Assembly (NCBI GenBank): GCA_004557545.1
Contig: SFGV01000004.1
Location: forward strand, 3,166-67,165
Reading direction: 5' to 3'
DNA length: 64,000 nucleotides
Source of the DNA: Succinatimonas hippei
Lineage (GTDB): Bacteria > Pseudomonadota > Gammaproteobacteria > Enterobacterales > Succinivibrionaceae
Shown: one piece after another, positions 21,343 through 31,864 of the stretch
How positions within the stretch are numbered: the first letter of the stretch is position 1
Layout: each line of letters begins with the position of its first letter
Position numbers and translations under genes: made by a program
Notes under the pieces: model-generated
The model's input: only the letters and a program-made list of their open reading frames with translations
The model's database searches: none
What the model was told of the DNA's origin: nothing

Positions 21343-21462
21343 AAATGCAATGCAAGTCATATTTTTGGAAATAAGACTTTTAAAAATAATGAATTAGGAT
21401 TCGGTATTAAAGGAAAGAAGGTTTTGAGAAAGCCGCTGTGAGGGATTCAGCGGCTTTTAAAA

Positions 21463-22371
21463 TCAGACTTTTAGATGGCGATCCAGGAATTGCACCATTA
21501 CATCCTGAACCTCTTTCTGAACCCAGTACGGGCCTCCGTGCCCTGCCCCTTTAACCAGATAACGCTCGGACTCTATTCCATGATCTCTTAAGGCCTGAAA
21601 CATAATGTCAGTCTCGATTTCAGAGACCAGAGTGTCATTGGTTCCATGGAACAACAGGAAAGGCGGGGTATGCTCGTCAACATAATTCGCGGGGTTATAA
21701 ATAGCGACCTCCTGAGGACGATCCAACACGCTCGCGTCTACTCCTCCGCAGATGGTGCACCCGTTAAGCCAGAGCGCCTGACAGGCTGAGGGTGATGAGT
21801 ACTCCTGCTCTTTTTGCGCGCCAAAGCCTTCGGCCATACGCGATAGATCCGTAACTCCGTATATATCCACCACGCAGGAGACATTACTTTTTACATCCAT
21901 GTTCTCGCCGGCGTCAAAGCGTCCGCTGTAGCCGGTAACTCCGGCAAAAGCCGAAAGATAACCGCCCGCGGAGGTTCCCATGATCCCGATGCGATCCTGC
22001 CTTATGCCAAAACGCATGGCGTTCTTTCTTAAATATCTGATGGCTGACTTTACATCGATTATCGGCGCCGGCAGATTTGCCTGAGGCGCGAAGCGGTACT
22101 CGACTGACGCGACAAAATACCCTTCCTGAGCAAGCCGCATTCTTATCTCAAGATGCGATGAACGGTTGCAGGTAATAAAACCGCCACCTGTTACGAATAC
22201 AACCACAGGGAGAAGTTTTCCAAGACGCGGCTTTAATATGTCCATCTTAAGATCGACATTCGGGTAGCTGTGAACGCTGACCTGTGAGAAGGTAACCCCT
22301 TCTATAAGATCAATTCGCGGACTTTTAAGTTCAACGTCCAGGATCTTGCTTTGCGCGTGAACCTGTTGCAT
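21463..22371 (-). CDS. Alpha/beta hydrolase (esterase, HSL/BD-FAE-like)
   Basis: GGGF oxyanion motif, GTSAGG nucleophile elbow, HGT.D and GAGH. Confidence 0.88.
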   Translation of the reverse strand: MQQVHAQSKILDVELKSPRIDLIEGVTFSQVSVHSYPNVDLKMDILKPRLGKLLPVVVFVTGGGFITCNRSSHLEIRMRLAQEGYFVASVEYRFAPQANLPAPIIDVKSAIRYLRKNAMRFGIRQDRIGIMGTSAGGYLSAFAGVTGYSGRFDAGENMDVKSNVSCVVDIYGVTDLSRMAEGFGAQKEQEYSSPSACQALWLNGCTICGGVDASVLDRPQEVAIYNPANYVDEHTPPFLLFHGTNDTLVSEIETDIMFQALRDHGIESERYLVKGAGHGGPYWVQKEVQDVMVQFLDRHLKV

Positions 22372-22466
22372 TTTAATCTCCCAGAACACAGCGGGCGGCC
22401 AATGCCGCCCGCGTACAATCCCAAGCTTTCCTGACTTTATAGATTTATTAACGTCAGAGTTTTAAA

Positions 22467-23300
22467 TCAGAAGCTGAGCGCTCCGTTTAAGTAAAAGCCA
22501 TATGAAGGATCGGCACTTATGGTACGGATCTCATCACCATCATGGTTATACAGCTTGAAGTCACGGCTGAAGCTCGCGTCAACGCCGGCTCTTAAGGTTA
22601 AGGCCTCAAGCGGGGTCAGCACAACGCCGACATTCGCGTTCACGCTGTCCTCATAGAAATATCCTTTGGGGGCAAACGCGCTGTCATCTGAGAGCTGGTA
22701 GACGTCCTGGTTAAAGAACGACGCCGCGCCTTCAAGAGCTACAGACTGGGTAAAACGGTACATAAGAGAGGTATCAGGATAACCTAACACCATAGACAGT
22801 CCGTAATCGCCAAGTCTGCGGTATTTCAAAGCGGCTATCGGGGCGAAGCGGTTATCAGCCTCATTGAAGTTGGCTTTAAGCCCAAGCATCGCGCCAAAAC
22901 CGTTTCCAAAATCAAAGGACAAACCGACACGCGGACGGAGGGTATAGCTTTCAGAGGCGTGGAAATCATCTTCCCAGCCAAAAGATCCGCCCAGACCCAC
23001 AAAATAGCCAAAGCCGTCAGAAAAACCGCCATCATGGTGTATATCGGCGTAAAGCAGATGAAGCTTTCCCAGCCAGTCATTACGGTCAAAATCGTAGTCT
23101 GTGACTTTATATCCTAATGTAAAGAAATCATATCCGCCCTGTATACCGTAGGAAGTGGTTTTTACATCACCATTAAACCCGCCGGCGTCAGCAGATGAGG
23201 TTGAAGAATATATAGGAGAGAGCCAGAAGCCTGACGCGACTGCGCCGGCGCTCATTGCGCCAAGTGTAACCGCGACAGCCAGAATTGATAGTTTTCGCAT
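22467..23300 (-). CDS. Putative outer-membrane beta-barrel protein
   Basis: Signal peptide, alternating amphipathic strands, C-terminal YLNGALSF. Confidence 0.7.
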   Translation of the reverse strand: MRKLSILAVAVTLGAMSAGAVASGFWLSPIYSSTSSADAGGFNGDVKTTSYGIQGGYDFFTLGYKVTDYDFDRNDWLGKLHLLYADIHHDGGFSDGFGYFVGLGGSFGWEDDFHASESYTLRPRVGLSFDFGNGFGAMLGLKANFNEADNRFAPIAALKYRRLGDYGLSMVLGYPDTSLMYRFTQSVALEGAASFFNQDVYQLSDDSAFAPKGYFYEDSVNANVGVVLTPLEALTLRAGVDASFSRDFKLYNHDGDEIRTISADPSYGFYLNGALSF

Positions 23301-23628
23301 AAAAGATTCCGCTAAAAAATGTTGAAATCCAAAAGTCTGCTCCATTTGGGTGTTATTTTGAATAGATGCGCCGCCGATTGCAAGCCTTGGAGTTCAAAAC
23401 TTTCCTTACGCCCTGTCCGAAAACGCCTCAGACTTCGTTTTATCTGTTAGAGCGCGTTTTTTACAGTATTCTGGACAAAAATGGCTGTAAAAAAACTTTG
23501 TATTGCCATCAGATGAAAACAGAGTTGATGGTATATCCGGATTTATGCTTGATTATCAAATAATTTTTTCTTAACTGGCTTCGTTTTTTCGTGCTATCCT
23601 TTGGGAAATTTTTGACGGACTTAACAGA

Positions 23629-24792
23629 ATGCTTTGCGCACGCACAACCATCGCCGCGGTAATCCTATTTGCCGCCGCATCCGCTCAGTCAGCCACAACT
23701 GACGTAGGCGACAAACTGCTTTCAGTAAAAGGCACTATGGACAGCATAAATGAGGAGCTTCGTGCCCAGCACGCGGATATAAGCAGGCTCACCTCCGATG
23801 TGGCCGCTTCAAACCGCGAAAACGCGGCCATGAACCGGCAGCTTTTAAATGAAATTAAAGCGCTGCGCCGGCAAAATCAGGCTCTGTGGGATACCAATCA
23901 GGCGCTCATAAAGGCCGATTCAGGCGATAACCCCAACGGTGTCAGCCAGTCGGCCAAGGAAATCTTAAAGGCGGTAGGTGAGCCGCGTAACTACGATATC
24001 GAGACTCCTGACGGCAAAATGCTCTTTGGCAGCGAGGAGTATGTCTACGTTCAGGAGGCGGACGCTACTCTCGCAGCCCGCGTTGACACCGGTGCCACCG
24101 TTTCATCCATCGCGGCCACCAACATCTCGCGTTTTGAAAGCGATGGAGTAAAGAAAGTCCGCTTTACGATAGAGTTCAATGACCGTTCTATAGATGTCGA
24201 GGCTCCTTTCATCCGCGTGACCAGGGTACGGCAGTCATCATCCTCTGAATTCAGCTACCGTCTAGTAGTCGGACTTAACATCAAGATAGCCGATTATTCC
24301 GTGTATACCGAGTTCAACCTTATGGACAGGTCGCACATGGATTTTCCGATGCTGCTTGGCCGCTCACTGCTTACGGATATCGCCTCTGTCGATGTGTCGC
24401 GCAACTATATACAAAAGCGCGCGGATCCTGACGGGCTTCTCATCATCAACCGTGACCTCTATACCCTGCTTAAGAAAAACGGCGAGAACGTCAATAAGGA
24501 ATACGATGAGCGCATGAGCATGGCTCAGGGCGGTCAGGTAGCCCACCCTGACGACAGCTACGGCTCAAACCTCGGCACAGACTCTACAAAGGCTCTGCCT
24601 GAGGTCACTCAGAAGACCCTTAAGGATGAATACATGCAGCGTCTCAAAGACGCCGGCGTAAGCCTTCCTCCTGACGCCGCGGCAAGCTCGGAAGGAACTG
24701 TCAGCACCTCTGAGTCCGATGAAGCCAAGGACACCGAAAACAGCGCTGAGAACGACGACAAAACCCAGAACACCAAAGCTGAGGACAAATAA
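23629..24792 (+). CDS. Exported retropepsin-like (RimB / Zn_protease family) peptidase with N-terminal coiled coil
   Basis: Signal peptide; ARVDTGAT.SSI and EFNL.DRSHM.FPMLLGR motifs. Confidence 0.82.
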   Translation: MLCARTTIAAVILFAAASAQSATTDVGDKLLSVKGTMDSINEELRAQHADISRLTSDVAASNRENAAMNRQLLNEIKALRRQNQALWDTNQALIKADSGDNPNGVSQSAKEILKAVGEPRNYDIETPDGKMLFGSEEYVYVQEADATLAARVDTGATVSSIAATNISRFESDGVKKVRFTIEFNDRSIDVEAPFIRVTRVRQSSSSEFSYRLVVGLNIKIADYSVYTEFNLMDRSHMDFPMLLGRSLLTDIASVDVSRNYIQKRADPDGLLIINRDLYTLLKKNGENVNKEYDERMSMAQGGQVAHPDDSYGSNLGTDSTKALPEVTQKTLKDEYMQRLKDAGVSLPPDAAASSEGTVSTSESDEAKDTENSAENDDKTQNTKAEDK

Positions 24793-24795
24793 TAC

Positions 24796-26544
24796 ATGGT
24801 ATCGCGTGGAGTATTCTATTTTGTAACCGCCATATTGTTTGTGGCAGGTTTACTTATGATGTTCTATCAGCACATAAACTATGAGGTGCCATGGCTGCCC
24901 GGTCAGGCCCGTGATCTGTGGAACGTTGAGGCGAAAATAGAGTTTATGCCGGCCGGCAACAGCCCGGTTGACGTACGCTTTGCCCTGCCCGCCGTACAGC
25001 CTGGACTGGTTCAGGTCAAACAGGCTACGTCTTCTTTAGGCTATGGCGTTGATTACGTCAACCGCAACGGCAGCAACTATGTGGAGTGGACCAAGCGTCA
25101 GGTCTCAGGCCCGCAGGTGCTTTATTACCGCGCCGACTTTCTTTTGGATGAGAACGCCACCCAGTCTTCAATGAGGGTGCCGGCCATCAGTGAGACCGTA
25201 GAACCTGAGCCTTACAACACCGCGATCCGGGAGATAGCAGATCTCGCTCAGGAGCGCTCGGCTGACCCGTTCTCATTTGCCTCTCAGGTGATACGTGAGC
25301 TGCAAAAGCCCTCAGAATCTCATTCACTGCTGTTAAACCACTATTCACTTTCAAATCTTGTGGTGAGGATCCTGCAGTCGGCGAAAATCCACGCGCGCGA
25401 GATTGGCGTAGTCCAGCTTGAAAACTACCGTCGCCATCGTCCGTTGCAGTCCCGTGTCGCGGTTTTCTCGGGCAACAAATATCAGATTTTCGACCCGAAG
25501 ACCGGTATTTCAGGACTCAAATCAGGCAAATCCCGCGAGGTCATCTGGACTGACAACGGCAATCCGCTTTTGAATATCACAGGCGCCCAGGCCGCAAGAA
25601 CCAAGGACGGTCAGTCCGCCCGCGTAAGCTTTACCATGATGCATCACCGCATCTCCTCAATCCGCGCAGGTCAGCTCAAGGCCGGAATAGACCGCGCGTC
25701 AGGCTCCGAGTTCATTCCGCTTTCAATTGGGTCACTGCCGATTGACGAGCAGGCTATGTTCAAGATGTTCCTGCTGCTTCCTGTGGGAATTCTCATTGTG
25801 GTGTTTTTGCGCATCATCGTAGGAGTCAAGACCTCCGGCACCTTCATGCCGGTGCTGATCGCCATGGCCTTTTTGGAGACCGATCTGGTGGTAGGTCTTA
25901 TAGGCTTCATCGCGATCATCGGCGTGGGTCTGGTCGTCAGATCCTGGCTCTCCCACCTGAACCTGCTTCTGATAGCTAGGATCTCGGCGGTGATCATCGT
26001 CGTCATCTGCATAATCGGATCAGTCTCGGTGTTCTCCTACAAATTCGGTCTTACCGAAGGTCTTAAGGTCACGTTCTTCCCTATGATCATTCTTTCATGG
26101 ACCATCGAGCGCATGTCGATTGTCTGGGAGGAAGAGGGCTATCACGAGGTATTAAAGCAGGGCGCCGGTTCGATCTTCGTGGCGGTCTGCGGATACCTCG
26201 CGATGAACTCGCTCACCGTACAGCACCTGACCTCAAACTTCCTGGGGCTGCAACTTGTGATCCTCTCGCTCATTCTGGTAATGGGCAATTACACCGGCTT
26301 CAGGCTTACCGAGCTTAAGCGTTTCAAACCACTGACCCTCCAGATCCGCAAGTTCCACAACGGAGATCAGCAGTATGAGGAGCATGACGAGTTAAAGCGC
26401 GAACGTCAGGAACTCAAAAGAGATCCTCACAATGTTTACCGCAAGTGGAAGAAAGAGGCCCAGGAGCAGCTGAGGAAATTAAACGAGACAGACTCTCACG
26501 CTCAGGTAAAGTCTGACAATCAGGATAACGGGGGCAAGAGGTAA
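24796..26544 (+). CDS. Inactive transglutaminase-like domain fused to a 7TM domain (UUP1 family)
   Basis: W.VEAKI.F, GVKTSGTFMPVLIA, FFPMIILSWTIERMS and YTGFRL.EL.RF motifs. Confidence 0.88.
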   Translation: MVSRGVFYFVTAILFVAGLLMMFYQHINYEVPWLPGQARDLWNVEAKIEFMPAGNSPVDVRFALPAVQPGLVQVKQATSSLGYGVDYVNRNGSNYVEWTKRQVSGPQVLYYRADFLLDENATQSSMRVPAISETVEPEPYNTAIREIADLAQERSADPFSFASQVIRELQKPSESHSLLLNHYSLSNLVVRILQSAKIHAREIGVVQLENYRRHRPLQSRVAVFSGNKYQIFDPKTGISGLKSGKSREVIWTDNGNPLLNITGAQAARTKDGQSARVSFTMMHHRISSIRAGQLKAGIDRASGSEFIPLSIGSLPIDEQAMFKMFLLLPVGILIVVFLRIIVGVKTSGTFMPVLIAMAFLETDLVVGLIGFIAIIGVGLVVRSWLSHLNLLLIARISAVIIVVICIIGSVSVFSYKFGLTEGLKVTFFPMIILSWTIERMSIVWEEEGYHEVLKQGAGSIFVAVCGYLAMNSLTVQHLTSNFLGLQLVILSLILVMGNYTGFRLTELKRFKPLTLQIRKFHNGDQQYEEHDELKRERQELKRDPHNVYRKWKKEAQEQLRKLNETDSHAQVKSDNQDNGGKR

Positions 26545-27536
26545 TGTTCCGTATCCCGCTTCCTGGATTTATTACCAGGTACGCTAATCCCGTTGACATG
26601 GTTGAAGACGGGATCATGGGTATGAATACCCGTAATATCAGCTATATCGGACGTTACAACAAGCGCCATCTGTTTCCTCTGGTGGACAATAAGCTTTTAA
26701 CCAAGCGTATTGCCCTCTCGCACCATGTAAGCACAACCAAACTCATAGGAACAGTGCAGAACCAGCATGACGTTCAGAATGTTCTGGACATCATAGGCGA
26801 CAACCACGAGTTCTGTATCAAGCCTGCTCAGGGATCAGGCGGTAAAGGCATTCTGGTCATAAAAGACCGCAACGCCCAGAACGGCCATTTCATAAAGTCC
26901 TCTGGCGAGGAGATCAACAATCACGATTTAAGACGCCACCTTACAAATATCCTCGCGGGGCTGTTCTCTCTTGGCGGACGTCAGGATTTCGCGCTCATAG
27001 AAGAGCTTATTCACTTTGACAATGTGTTTTCAGGCTTCAGCTATGACGGAGTGCCTGACACACGTGTCATTGTGTTTCAGGGTTTTCCCATCATGTGCAT
27101 GATGCGCCTTTCAACCAGCGCATCTGACGGTAAGGCCAACCTGCATCAGGGCGCTGTAGGTGTCGGGATATGCATACGCACCGGAAGAGCCGTGCGCGCC
27201 GTTCAGTTCAATGAGCCTATAGAATTTCACCCTGATACAGACCGCAGGCTTTCAGAGCTTACAGTCCCCCACTGGCGTCAGGTTCTGGAGCTCGCGGCCT
27301 CCTGCTATGAAATGTCAGGACTTGGTTATATAGGAACTGACATCGTGCTTGACCGCGACAAGGGACCGATGCTACTCGAGCTCAATGCCCGCCCGGGGCT
27401 TGCCATACAGATCTGCAATAACGCGGGGCTTTTGCCACGCTTAAGACTCATTGAGGCTCTGACCAAACGTCAGAGGCTTTCCGTGCCTGAGCGCGTTGAG
27501 TTCTCCATGGAGCACTTCGGGGTCTGGAAGAACTGA
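26544..27536 (+). CDS. Alpha-L-glutamate ligase-like ATP-grasp protein (RimK-related)
   Basis: GMN.RN..YI..YN, IKPAQGSGGKGI, GKANLHQGA and LELNARPGL motifs. Confidence 0.9.
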   Translation: MFRIPLPGFITRYANPVDMVEDGIMGMNTRNISYIGRYNKRHLFPLVDNKLLTKRIALSHHVSTTKLIGTVQNQHDVQNVLDIIGDNHEFCIKPAQGSGGKGILVIKDRNAQNGHFIKSSGEEINNHDLRRHLTNILAGLFSLGGRQDFALIEELIHFDNVFSGFSYDGVPDTRVIVFQGFPIMCMMRLSTSASDGKANLHQGAVGVGICIRTGRAVRAVQFNEPIEFHPDTDRRLSELTVPHWRQVLELAASCYEMSGLGYIGTDIVLDRDKGPMLLELNARPGLAIQICNNAGLLPRLRLIEALTKRQRLSVPERVEFSMEHFGVWKN

Positions 27537-27636
27537 CTGACAAACGGCTCTGAAAACGCGACACGGGGCAAAGCCTGGCTTTGCCCCGCTTGCGTCTTTT
27601 AACAGTTAATGCGATCTTCAGGCAAGGAGGTTCACA

Positions 27637-29226
27637 ATGCACCTGATCCTTGGATTGCTCTCCGCGATAGCGCTTTTAGCCTTTGCCGTTGCCCTCACCA
27701 AGAAATACATGCTAAGGCTCTTTGGCAGCTCTATAAACCGCGTGATAGGCAAATCGGTTGGTTCAACTCCAAAAGCCTTTGTCACCGGTGTCCTCACCAC
27801 CATGCTTCTTCAGAGCAGTACCGCTACCTCTTTTCTGGTATCAGGATTTCTAAGAAAAAGACTTCTGCCCCTTAGCGCAGCGCTGACCATAATGCTGGGA
27901 GCTGATCTTGGCACCGCCATAATGGCAAGACTCCTGACCTATGATCTCTCGATGGTCTGCCCGCTTCTGATGCTCTCAGGCACAATATGCTTTCTCCTGT
28001 ACCCTGAAAGACCCAGAGTACGGCATACGGGAGGGATCCTGACGGGGCTTGGGCTTATCCTGCTCTCTCTGTCTCTTATAGTTTCAACCACACGACCGGC
28101 GCTTGACTCTGACATAACCGCGATGCTCCTGAAGTCACTTACAGGTCAGATAACCTTTTCCGTGATCATGGGGATGGGGATCGCGGTGCTTTGCATGTCA
28201 AGTCTCGCCGCGGTACTGCTTACCTCTCTGATGTGCTCAACCGGGGCAATCACGCCTGATTGCTCGCTAGCCCTGGTCTTAGGCGCGAACATCGGCTCTT
28301 GCGTGCTCGAGCTTCTGGGAGCCTCAAGACAGGGTACAGAGGCAAGGCGCGTCATGACCGGCAATACGCTTTTTAGGATCATAATCGCCGCGCTGGCTCT
28401 GCTTCTGATGCCGCTTATTGTGAAGCTTCAGCAGCGCGCCGCTCCGCTTTCGGAGTTTGTGATCTGGTTTCATGTGGGATTTAATCTCTGCGTATGCGCG
28501 GTGATGCTGCCATTTGTTAAGTTATTCTCAAAAGTACTCTACTATCTGATCCCGGACGCGGTCAGTGAGCCTTCACCTGATCTGCCAAAACATCTTGACC
28601 GCTCTGCTTATATAGATCCAGATCTGGCGCTTTCTGACGCTACGCGCGAGATCCTGCGCGTTGGCGATTGTGTTCTGAAAATTTTAAAAAATATCAAATC
28701 AGAAACCTATGGCAGGGCACCTGAGGGCGAGGAAAGCCAGAATTTACGCAACCGTGTAAAAATACTCGTGCCTAAAATCAGCGCCTATCTTTCAGGGATA
28801 AGCTGTGACAGCCCACAGCAACGGCACCGCTCCGCTCTGTGTACCCTTACCTGCGCCAGACTCTCGCAACTCTCTGGTCTATTGTCCTCAATTGAAAAGA
28901 AGGCGCTGCTGTTACGATCCCAGGATCCTCTGCCAGAGAAAAAACTTATGTGCGTCAGCAGACTCTCACTATCCTGCCAGATGACCCTGGAATACGCGTT
29001 GCACGCCTTCTCATACCGTGGAGATAATGTCGACAAATCATTTGACAGATCTCTTACGGAATTTATTTCACAGCTTGATGACGCGGCGACCTCCCAGTTT
29101 TCGCAAAAGAATTCATCAGAGGCGGGAGGAAGTACCAGAATGATGATGCTCGAGCTTATAGGACAGTTCCGCCAGTGCTCTTTGCTGCTGTCCTTTTCAA
29201 ATATGTCACCTGACACCCTGCCTTGA
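27637..29226 (+). CDS. Na+/Pi cotransporter family protein (YjbB-like)
   Basis: LLQSSTAT, MLGADLGT, SSLAAVLL and LGANIGS repeats; PhoU-like tail. Confidence 0.85.
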   Translation: MHLILGLLSAIALLAFAVALTKKYMLRLFGSSINRVIGKSVGSTPKAFVTGVLTTMLLQSSTATSFLVSGFLRKRLLPLSAALTIMLGADLGTAIMARLLTYDLSMVCPLLMLSGTICFLLYPERPRVRHTGGILTGLGLILLSLSLIVSTTRPALDSDITAMLLKSLTGQITFSVIMGMGIAVLCMSSLAAVLLTSLMCSTGAITPDCSLALVLGANIGSCVLELLGASRQGTEARRVMTGNTLFRIIIAALALLLMPLIVKLQQRAAPLSEFVIWFHVGFNLCVCAVMLPFVKLFSKVLYYLIPDAVSEPSPDLPKHLDRSAYIDPDLALSDATREILRVGDCVLKILKNIKSETYGRAPEGEESQNLRNRVKILVPKISAYLSGISCDSPQQRHRSALCTLTCARLSQLSGLLSSIEKKALLLRSQDPLPEKKLMCVSRLSLSCQMTLEYALHAFSYRGDNVDKSFDRSLTEFISQLDDAATSQFSQKNSSEAGGSTRMMMLELIGQFRQCSLLLSFSNMSPDTLP

Positions 29227-29279
29227 AAAAGCCAGAACGGCAAAGCCCACGCGTTGCCGTCCCTTCGTGAACGCCAATA

Positions 29280-30038
29280 TCAGTTATTTTGCGCCGGATC
29301 CGTATATCCTTCAGGTTTTTTGAACAGAAGCTCTATTTCATCGTCATAGAGCAGGCGGTACTCACCTTCATCAAGGTTATCATCAAGTCTCAGCGCTCCA
29401 ATGGCGACACGGCGCAGCTGAGTAACCTCGTTTTCCACACACTCAAAAAGTCTTTTCACCTCATGAAAACGCCCTTCAGTTACGTAAACCAGCGCGCTTT
29501 TTTCACCTGTAACCGACAAAAAGGCCGGGCGGTAGCGCGTATGCTCATCAGGATGCTTAAGCCCTGAGGCGAAAGCCTTCACATACGAGCTTTCTATAGG
29601 ATCGCGTGTCAGAGCCTCATAGACTTTAATAACCCCGCTCTTAGGACTTGTAAGCCTGTGGTTAAGATCGCCATCGTCAGTTACAAGCAAAAGCCCCGTG
29701 GTATCAGCGTCAAGCCTGCCCACACAGTGCAGATCGTCGCTTTTTACCTCTTGTGAGAAAAATCCCTTTACCGTAGGCAGATTCCGGTCTTTGTCGGCGC
29801 TCACGTAGCCCTCAGGCTTGTTTAGCATGTAAACTCGGGCTGTAAAGGCCTCAGTTACGCCGACCTCATCACCGTCAAGCGAGAGCGAGGAGGAGCCTTT
29901 TACCTTAAAGGCGGGATCTGGTATCACCTGACCATCCACGCTTACCTGGCCGCGCTTAATCACCCTCTGCGAGACACTGCGGCTTAACCCGTAAGCATGT
30001 GAGACCGCGCGGTCTAATCTTTCGGATCTCTCACCCAC
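29280..30038 (-). CDS. rsuA: 16S rRNA pseudouridine synthase (RsuA family)
   Basis: S4 domain; LNKPEGYVS, GRLDADTTGLLL and EGRFHEVKR motifs. Confidence 0.9.
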   Translation of the reverse strand: MGERSERLDRAVSHAYGLSRSVSQRVIKRGQVSVDGQVIPDPAFKVKGSSSLSLDGDEVGVTEAFTARVYMLNKPEGYVSADKDRNLPTVKGFFSQEVKSDDLHCVGRLDADTTGLLLVTDDGDLNHRLTSPKSGVIKVYEALTRDPIESSYVKAFASGLKHPDEHTRYRPAFLSVTGEKSALVYVTEGRFHEVKRLFECVENEVTQLRRVAIGALRLDDNLDEGEYRLLYDDEIELLFKKPEGYTDPAQNN

Positions 30039-31257
30039 GGTACTTCCTCACGATAATCGAAGCGTTGGTTCCGCCAAAGCCGAAGCTGTTTGACAGCACG
30101 GTGTCAACCTTTGTCTCGCGCGCCGTATTGGCGACAATATCAAGACCGGCCGCCGCCTCATCAGGCTCATCCACATTGATTGAAGGGGCTATGAAATTAT
30201 TCTGCATCATCAGAAGGCTGAAGATTACCTCATTGACGCCGGCGGCTCCTAGAGCGTGACCGGTCATGGATTTGGTTGAGGATATGGCCGGAGACTTATT
30301 TCCAAATACCTCGCGTATGGCCTCAAGTTCGCGCGTATCGCCTATCACAGTTGATGTTCCGTGGGTATTGATGTAATCAATTTCGCTGTCGCATGACGCG
30401 AGAGCCTGCCTCATGCACCTGACCGCGCCCTCGCCTGAGGGAGCCACCATATCAGAGCCATCCGAGGTAGCGCCAAAGCCCGCTATTTCAGCGATGATAT
30501 TGGCGCCGCGTTTTTTCGCGTGCTCAAGGGATTCAAGCACGAGCACGCCACCGCCTTCTCCCATCACAAATCCGTCCCTGCGCTTGTCATACGGACGCGA
30601 GGCTTTCTGTGGGGTGTCATTAAAATGCGATGACAGCGCGCCCATGCCGTCAAAAAGCGAGGCAATGGTCCAGTCCCCCATCTCGGCGCCCCCGGCGAAC
30701 ATCACATCGTGACGACCGAGCATGATCTCATCGCAGGCCTTTTCAATGCAGTGTACTGAAGTCGAGCAGGCGGAGGTAACCGAGAATGAGCATCCTTTAA
30801 TATGAAATGCGGTTGAAAGACAGGCTGATACCGTAGAGCTCATGGCCTTTGGCACACAGTAAGGTCCCACGCGGCGTATGCCGCGCTCGCGCAGAGTGTC
30901 AGAGGCCTCAACTATGGCGGAGGTGTCACCACCGCCTGATCCCATAATAAGTCCGGTACGCGGATTTGAGATATCCTCAGGTGTCAGCGCCGCGCTGGCT
31001 ATAGCCTGCTGCATGGCGATCGCGCCGAACGCGGCGGCGCGCCCCATGAAGCGCAGCATTTTTCTGTCAATAAATTCCTTGAAATCTATAGCGGGAACCA
31101 GAGCGGCAACCTGTGAGCGCATGCCTTTATCGGCGTATTGCTGACAAAAGCTTATGCCAGAGCGGCCCTTTCTGAGTGAGTCGGTAACGGCCTCCGCTCC
31201 GATTCCGATCGGCGAGAGAATGCCTAAACCCGTTATTACGACTTTGCTCAATGACAT
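30031..31257 (-). CDS. fabB: 3-oxoacyl-ACP synthase I
   Basis: SACSTS, HGTST, TKSMTGH and SNSFGFGGTN motifs. Confidence 0.94.
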   Translation of the reverse strand: MSLSKVVITGLGILSPIGIGAEAVTDSLRKGRSGISFCQQYADKGMRSQVAALVPAIDFKEFIDRKMLRFMGRAAAFGAIAMQQAIASAALTPEDISNPRTGLIMGSGGGDTSAIVEASDTLRERGIRRVGPYCVPKAMSSTVSACLSTAFHIKGCSFSVTSACSTSVHCIEKACDEIMLGRHDVMFAGGAEMGDWTIASLFDGMGALSSHFNDTPQKASRPYDKRRDGFVMGEGGGVLVLESLEHAKKRGANIIAEIAGFGATSDGSDMVAPSGEGAVRCMRQALASCDSEIDYINTHGTSTVIGDTRELEAIREVFGNKSPAISSTKSMTGHALGAAGVNEVIFSLLMMQNNFIAPSINVDEPDEAAAGLDIVANTARETKVDTVLSNSFGFGGTNASIIVRKYRG

Positions 31258-31544
31258 TTATTACTCCGTGTGTTTCTATTCCAATGACGCACTGACGCGT
31301 CAATTTTCAAAGAAGATTGTTAATTGTTATCGCGCTTCTGTTTTGACATATCATGCGCCAATATTTTTAAGATCTCTCAATCCAAGAGCATATTCTGCAT
31401 ACCCAACTCCCATAATGTTAGTAGTTTTGCGCGCTTATGCCAAATAGAGCCAATGACGGTCTTTCTCATGGATGATCTGCTTTTTCTTTGATGTATAATG
31501 CCAAAGGTTTTTTCAGGCCTGTCGGCCTTTTTATAGTATTTAAT

Positions 31545-31763
31545 ATGGCTAAAGAAGAAAGCATTGAGATGCAGGGCGTTGTGCTCGAAACCCTGCCCAA
31601 CACCATGTTCAGAGTGCAACTGGAAAATGGTCACATTGTTATGGCTCATATCTCCGGCAAGATGCGCAAGAATTACATCAGGATCCTCACCGGTGACAAG
31701 GTTACCGTACAGATAACCCCATACGACTTGACCAAAGGCCGCATAACTTTCCGTTCCCGCTGA
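31545..31763 (+). CDS. infA: Translation initiation factor IF-1
   Basis: [11 protein letters not shown]...[15 protein letters not shown]; 72 aa from ATG 31545. Confidence 0.98.
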   Translation: MAKEESIEMQGVVLETLPNTMFRVQLENGHIVMAHISGKMRKNYIRILTGDKVTVQITPYDLTKGRITFRSR

Positions 31764-31864
31764 TCAATAGCGGACATTTCGCGCCAAGCCTTAAAAACAA
31801 TCATCTTTATCGTGCCGCTTCAACGGTGCGATAGTTTTTTTGTGCCAGGCTCACCAAAAAATCA

